Assembly (NCBI RefSeq): GCF_009914755.1
Contig: NC_060930.1
Length of the DNA: 64,000 nt
Strand: one strand, 5' to 3'
Origin: the human T2T-CHM13v2.0 reference genome, Homo sapiens
Both the position numbers and the translations under genes were made by a program. The notes under the pieces are model-generated. The model did not search any database. It was given only the letters and a program-made list of their open reading frames with translations, and was not told where the DNA came from. Below, one piece after another: positions 55,576 to 64,000 of the stretch; the first letter of the stretch is position 1, and each line of letters begins with the position of its first letter.

Positions 55576-56844
55576 ATGCATATCTTAAGAGATAAAGAAA
55601 ATATCTTAAAAGCAATACAATATCTTGTATTCTATACAAGAGAATAACTGTATGAATGGTATCTGACTTCCGGTCAGAGAAAACAAAAAGGTAGGCTGGA
55701 AGACAATGAAATGATATCTTTTAAGTGCTGAACAAATTACCATGAACAACAACAGAAATATAAAACCTGTCAGCTCAGAAATATGTTATCCATCAAAAAT
55801 ATTTTTAAAAAATGAAACCTAAGTAAAAAAAGATATTTCTGAATACAAACCTCTTATTTTCTTTGAGTTTCAATAATAATTCATTTCAGTGGACCTGCAT
55901 TTCAGTAAATGCTAAAAAAAACACAACTGAAGAGAAATTATACTGAAAACTACACTAAGAATAAAGAGCACCAGATATGGCAAATTTGTAGGTAAAGTCT
56001 TATATTTTCTCCTTATTTTTTAAAATACACAATTTTTAAAGCAACAATTATAACACATAATTATAGGAAAAAAATATATATATAGAGAGAGATATATATG
56101 TATATGAGTGGACACACACACATATACACTATAACATAATGGCCTGGTAAGGATATGGAAATATAGTATGACAAGTTTTTGACATTTTATAGGAAGTGTT
56201 ACAATATTAATTCTAGGTGGACTGCAATAAATTAAAGATTCAATCCCAAGGACGTTAATAAAAATGGAATGTATAAAGATATAGTCAATAGAAAAATTAA
56301 AATAAGATATTAAAAACTTTCAGTTAACTGAAAAGAAGACAGAATAGGAAGTAAATTATCAATACCAGATGGGATAAATAGAAAATTAATAACATGATAA
56401 ACCCAAATCCAACCATATAATTGTTATAATAAATTAAATGGCAATTAACTAATAAGTGCATATAAAAGGTAGACATTTTCCAAATAGATAAGTCTCAACT
56501 ACAGACTAATATAAGAGATGTACTTTAAATATAAAATGTTGAAAGCAAAGGTAAAAGATGAAAAACAGTATGTTGTGGAAACAAAAAGTATAAGAAATTT
56601 GGCCTGATTATAATAATATCAGACAGAAAAAGTCAAGATGGGAAACATTACCAGAGATAAAGAAGGGGATTTCATAATGGCAAAAGGAAAAATTTATCAG
56701 AAAAATATATTAATCCTAAATATGCACATACTTAAAAGAATAATTATAGTTGGACATTTCAAAGATTCTTTATAAATATTTGATTTAAAAAAATCTCAAA
56801 TTCTTATTAATGATACAGAAGTTGTGAATTAAATTATTAACCAC

Positions 56845-57241
56845 TGCTATCATTTGTATGTTTGTCTCCTCCAAATTTGATCCGTATTGTTGAAGTTGGG
56901 ATCTGATGGGAGGTGTTTGGGTCATGGGGGTAGATCCCTCATGAATAGACTAATGTTTTGGGGTGGTGGTGAGTGAGTTCCAACTCTGTAGTTTCCAGGA
57001 GAGCTGGTTGTTTAAGAGTCTGGCACCTCCAGTCTCTCTCTTGCTTCCTCTCTTGCCATGTGATCTCTGCACCTGCTGGCTCCCTTTCACATTCCTCCAC
57101 GAGTGGAAACAGCCTGAGGCTTTTGCTGGAAGTTCAAGCTTCCAGCCAGCAGAATCTTCAGCTGCTGCTGGCATTTTTTTCTTTATAAATTATTCAGTTT
57201 CAGGTATGCCTTTATAGCAACACAAATTTACTTGTAAGAGA
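56845..57241 (+). mobile_element. MST (MSTB/C-like) LTR
   Basis: tgctatcatttgtatgtttg...gggaggtgtttgggtcatgggggtagatccctcatgaat...ctttatagcaacacaaa. Confidence 0.85.
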
Positions 57242-57941
57242 CCCACACTCAGTATACTTCAGAATACACTATTTTTTCAAGTACCTTTGAATCATTATAT
57301 ATTTTCAGAATTGAATCAAAATACCCTATCTTTTCAACTACATTTGAATCATTAACCAAGGGTGATAACATGCTGGGCTACAGAATATATCTCAGTAAAT
57401 TGTAAGAGTTTGAAATCTTATAGAGTATGTTTTCTGACCATGATAAACTCAATGGAAAGCAATAAAAATAAAGTATGGAAAAAAGTCAGACATATTTGGA
57501 AATTACACAATGCACGTCTAACTCACCCAAGAGCCAAATGAAAAAAACAAGAGAAATTAGAAAATACTTTTAACATTAAAAACATTAAAAAAAAACAGGA
57601 AACTGTTAAAGCAGTGCTTAGGGAAAAAATTACAGCTTTAATAGCAATTATGAGAAAATAAGAAAAATTTAAAGTTAATGACCTAAATTCCTATCTGTAA
57701 GAAGATAGAAATAAAAAGATAAATTTCAATAAAATAGAGGGAAGTAAATACACATCAGCAAATAAATTATTTAAATTTCTAATAAGAGAAATCTTTTATA
57801 AATAAAAATGTTGATTTTTTGAAAAGATAAATGAAATAAATAAATGCCTGGAAATACTGATGAAGTAAAAAGGAAATAAAACAAACATTACCAATATGAT
57901 AAATGAAATAGAATTATATAAATATTAAAATGATTATAATA

Positions 57942-58225
57942 GGGTGAGCGCGGTGGCTCACGCGTGTTATCCCAGCTCTTTGGGAGGCCGAGGCGGGCGG
58001 ATCACGAGGTCAGGAGATCGAGACCATCCTGGTTAACGCGGTAAAACCCCGTCTCTACTAAAAATACAAAAAATTAGCTGGCCATGGTGGCCGGCCCCTG
58101 TAGTCCCAGCTACTCGGGAGGCTGAGGCAGGAGAATGACATGAATCCAGGAAGCGGGAGCTTGCAGTGAGCCAAGATCGCACCACTGCACTCCAGCCTGG
58201 GCGACAGAGCAAGATTCCATCTAAA
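57942..58225 (+). mobile_element. AluY
   Basis: ggatcacgaggtcaggagatcgagaccatcctgg; gagcttgcagtgagc; tail replaced by a microsatellite. Confidence 0.95.
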
Positions 58226-58237
58226 TATATATATATA

Positions 58238-58270
<33 letters not shown>

Positions 58271-58597
58271 GTGTATATATATATATATATGTGTGTATAT
58301 ATATATGTGTGTGTATATATATATGTGTGTGTATATATATATGTGTGTATATATATATGTGTGTATATATATGTGTATATATATACGTGTATATATATAT
58401 ACGTGTATATATATATACACACACATATATACGTGTGTATATATGTGTATATATATACACACACATATATACGTGTATATATATATACACACACATATAT
58501 ACGTGTATATATATATACACACACATATATACGTGTATATATATATACACACATATATATACGTATATATATACACATATATATACATAGATATATA
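58225..58597. repeat. Compound (TA)n/(TG)/(CA) micro/minisatellite with ~28-30-bp units
   Basis: Direct reading; unit tatatatatatacacacacatatatacgtg is repeated in the second half. Confidence 0.95.
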
Positions 58598-59031
58598 ATT
58601 TTATTCTAAAAACCTAGAAAAACTGGATAAAATAAACTAATTCCTAGAAAAACACAATTTTCCTAAATGAGAAACATTTGAATAGAAAACCAGAGTAGTC
58701 CTCATATGTATTAAAGAAATTGGTTTCACTGGCATATTCTATGAAACATTTAATGTAGAAATAATGCTAATTCTACATAAACTCTCTAAAACTAGAGAGA
58801 AAGAAGCACATTCCAAGTAACATTAAGTGGCCAAAGTAACTCTGATACTGAAATCTGACAAATATATTTTAAGAAAATATGATTACAAACCAATATTTCT
58901 CATGAACATGATTGTAAAAATTATTATATTAGAAAATTAAATCAAGTAATATGTTACAAAAATAACATATTTGTATTAATAGATGCATTGGAAGAATGCA
59001 TGAGAGTTTAAATTGTTTAAAAGTCATGCAT

Positions 59032-62641
<3,610 letters not shown>

Positions 62642-63139
62642 TAAAAGTCATGCATATATAATATTAAAAGAAGAAAATATAAATATATCATCACCTCAAT
62701 AAATTTAAAAAATCATTTGAAAATTTTATCATCCATTCATGATTTAAATAACTATTAGCAAATTACAAATAAAAATAAACTATTTCAGTCTAATAAAGGG
62801 CAATGATTAAAAAGTACGCATGTAACATTAGATTTCATAGTGAAATATTAACTATGCAGTCTTTAAGGTCACGAACAGGGCATGGATGACTACTCTCCAT
62901 CTTCTATTTAACATGTTACAAGTCTTAGTCAGTATAAACCACAAAGTTTGGATAAAAAGAAATAGAAATGCGTCTATACACAGAGAACAAGATTTACTTC
63001 CCAGAAGTTTTATGGAACCTACAGAACAGCTAATAATAACTAATGAATAGAGTATTTTTCAGAATACAGTATATATGTACATATAGTCAATGAATTTTTA
63101 TATGCAACAGGAACAGTTTGGAAAATAAATTTTAAAAAT

Positions 63140-63985
63140 TTCAGTTTCAACTTCTCTTTAAGATACAGCAGTTACATGTGCAGATTTGTTACACGGGAAT
63201 ATATGCTGCTGAGCTTTGGAGTATGGATCCTGTCACCCAGGTAGTGAGCATAGTACCCTATAGGTCATTTTTTTAGCCCTCCCACCTTCCTCCATCCTCT
63301 AGTAACCTACAGTGTTTATTATTCTCATATATATGTCAATGTGTGTTCAATGTTTAGCTCCCTTTTGTAAGTGAGAACATGCAGTATTTGGTTTTCTGTT
63401 TCTGCATTAATTCGCTTCTGGTTATAGCCTCCAGCTCCATCCATCTTGCTGCAAAGGACATGATTTCATTCTTTTTTATGGTAGCATAGTATTCCAAGTG
63501 TATATGTATCACATTTTCTTTATCCAATCTATAATTGATGGGCACCTGGATTGGTTTCACGTTTTTGTTCTTGTGAATAGCACAGTGACAAACACACGAG
63601 TCCATGTGTCTTTTTGGTAGACCAATTTATTTTCTTGTGGATATATACCCAGTAATGAGATTGCTGGATTGTATGGTAGCTCTACTTGATGTTCTCTGAG
63701 AAATATCCACACTGCTTTCTACAGTGACTGGACTAATTTTATATTCTCATCACCAGTAAATAAGTGTTCCCTTTTCTCCATAGCCTCACTAGCATCTGTT
63801 GTTTTCTGACATTTTAATAATAGCCATTCTAATGTGAGATAATATCTCACTGTGGTTTTGATTTGCATTTCTCTGATGTTTAGTGATGCTAAGCATTTTA
63901 TCTTATGTCTGTAGGCCACTTGTATGCTTTCTTTGGAGAAGTGTCTGTTCATGTCCTTTGCCCATTTTTTAACGGGGTTATTAGT
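63140..63985 (-). mobile_element. L1PA16-like 3' end
   Basis: acatgtgcagatttgttacacggg...ggatcctgtcacccaggtagtgagcatagtacc; ORF2 C-terminal peptides on -. Confidence 0.85.
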
Positions 63986-64000
63986 TAAATTCTCAATATA

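Noticed and set aside
57287-57354. Short repeats such as tttgaatcatta x2, and at 17074-17112 and 21803-21825
   Set aside because: They are short AT-rich slippage products inside decayed TEs, indistinguishable from background.
58033-58609. Six overlapping Y/I/C/V/T/H-rich ORFs
   Set aside because: They are artefacts of a stop-free TA/TG/CA repeat, which is also not a CRISPR array (no unique spacers).

Overview
This is hominoid (human-like) non-coding DNA, AT-rich and dense in repeats. I find no host protein-coding exon, RNA gene or CpG-island promoter. Every long ORF comes from LINE-1, Alu, LTR or microsatellite sequence, and the locus cannot be identified from sequence alone. It contains four young L1PA insertions with readable target-site duplications (TSDs), three of them 5'-inverted by twin priming. 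It also has about 13 Alus, many solo LTRs (THE1, MLT1, MST, LTR17/HERV-W, MER67-like, MER50, LTR15-like, LTR18-like), DNA transposons (MER1B, MER5A, MADE1), and old L1M/L2/MIR remnants. Three things stand out. (1) The independently inserted L1 copies share private mutations in patches, including a shared ORF2 nonsense codon and a 3-bp insertion, which points to local L1-to-L1 gene conversion. (2) There is a cluster of template-switch products: a 203-bp-arm quasi-palindrome, a perfect 40-bp inverted repeat, and a 102-bp templated duplication with a snap-back junction. (3) There is a four-tier nest, L1M > MER50 > AluY > ERV1 LTR. Subfamily names come from recalled consensus motifs and need RepeatMasker/Dfam confirmation.
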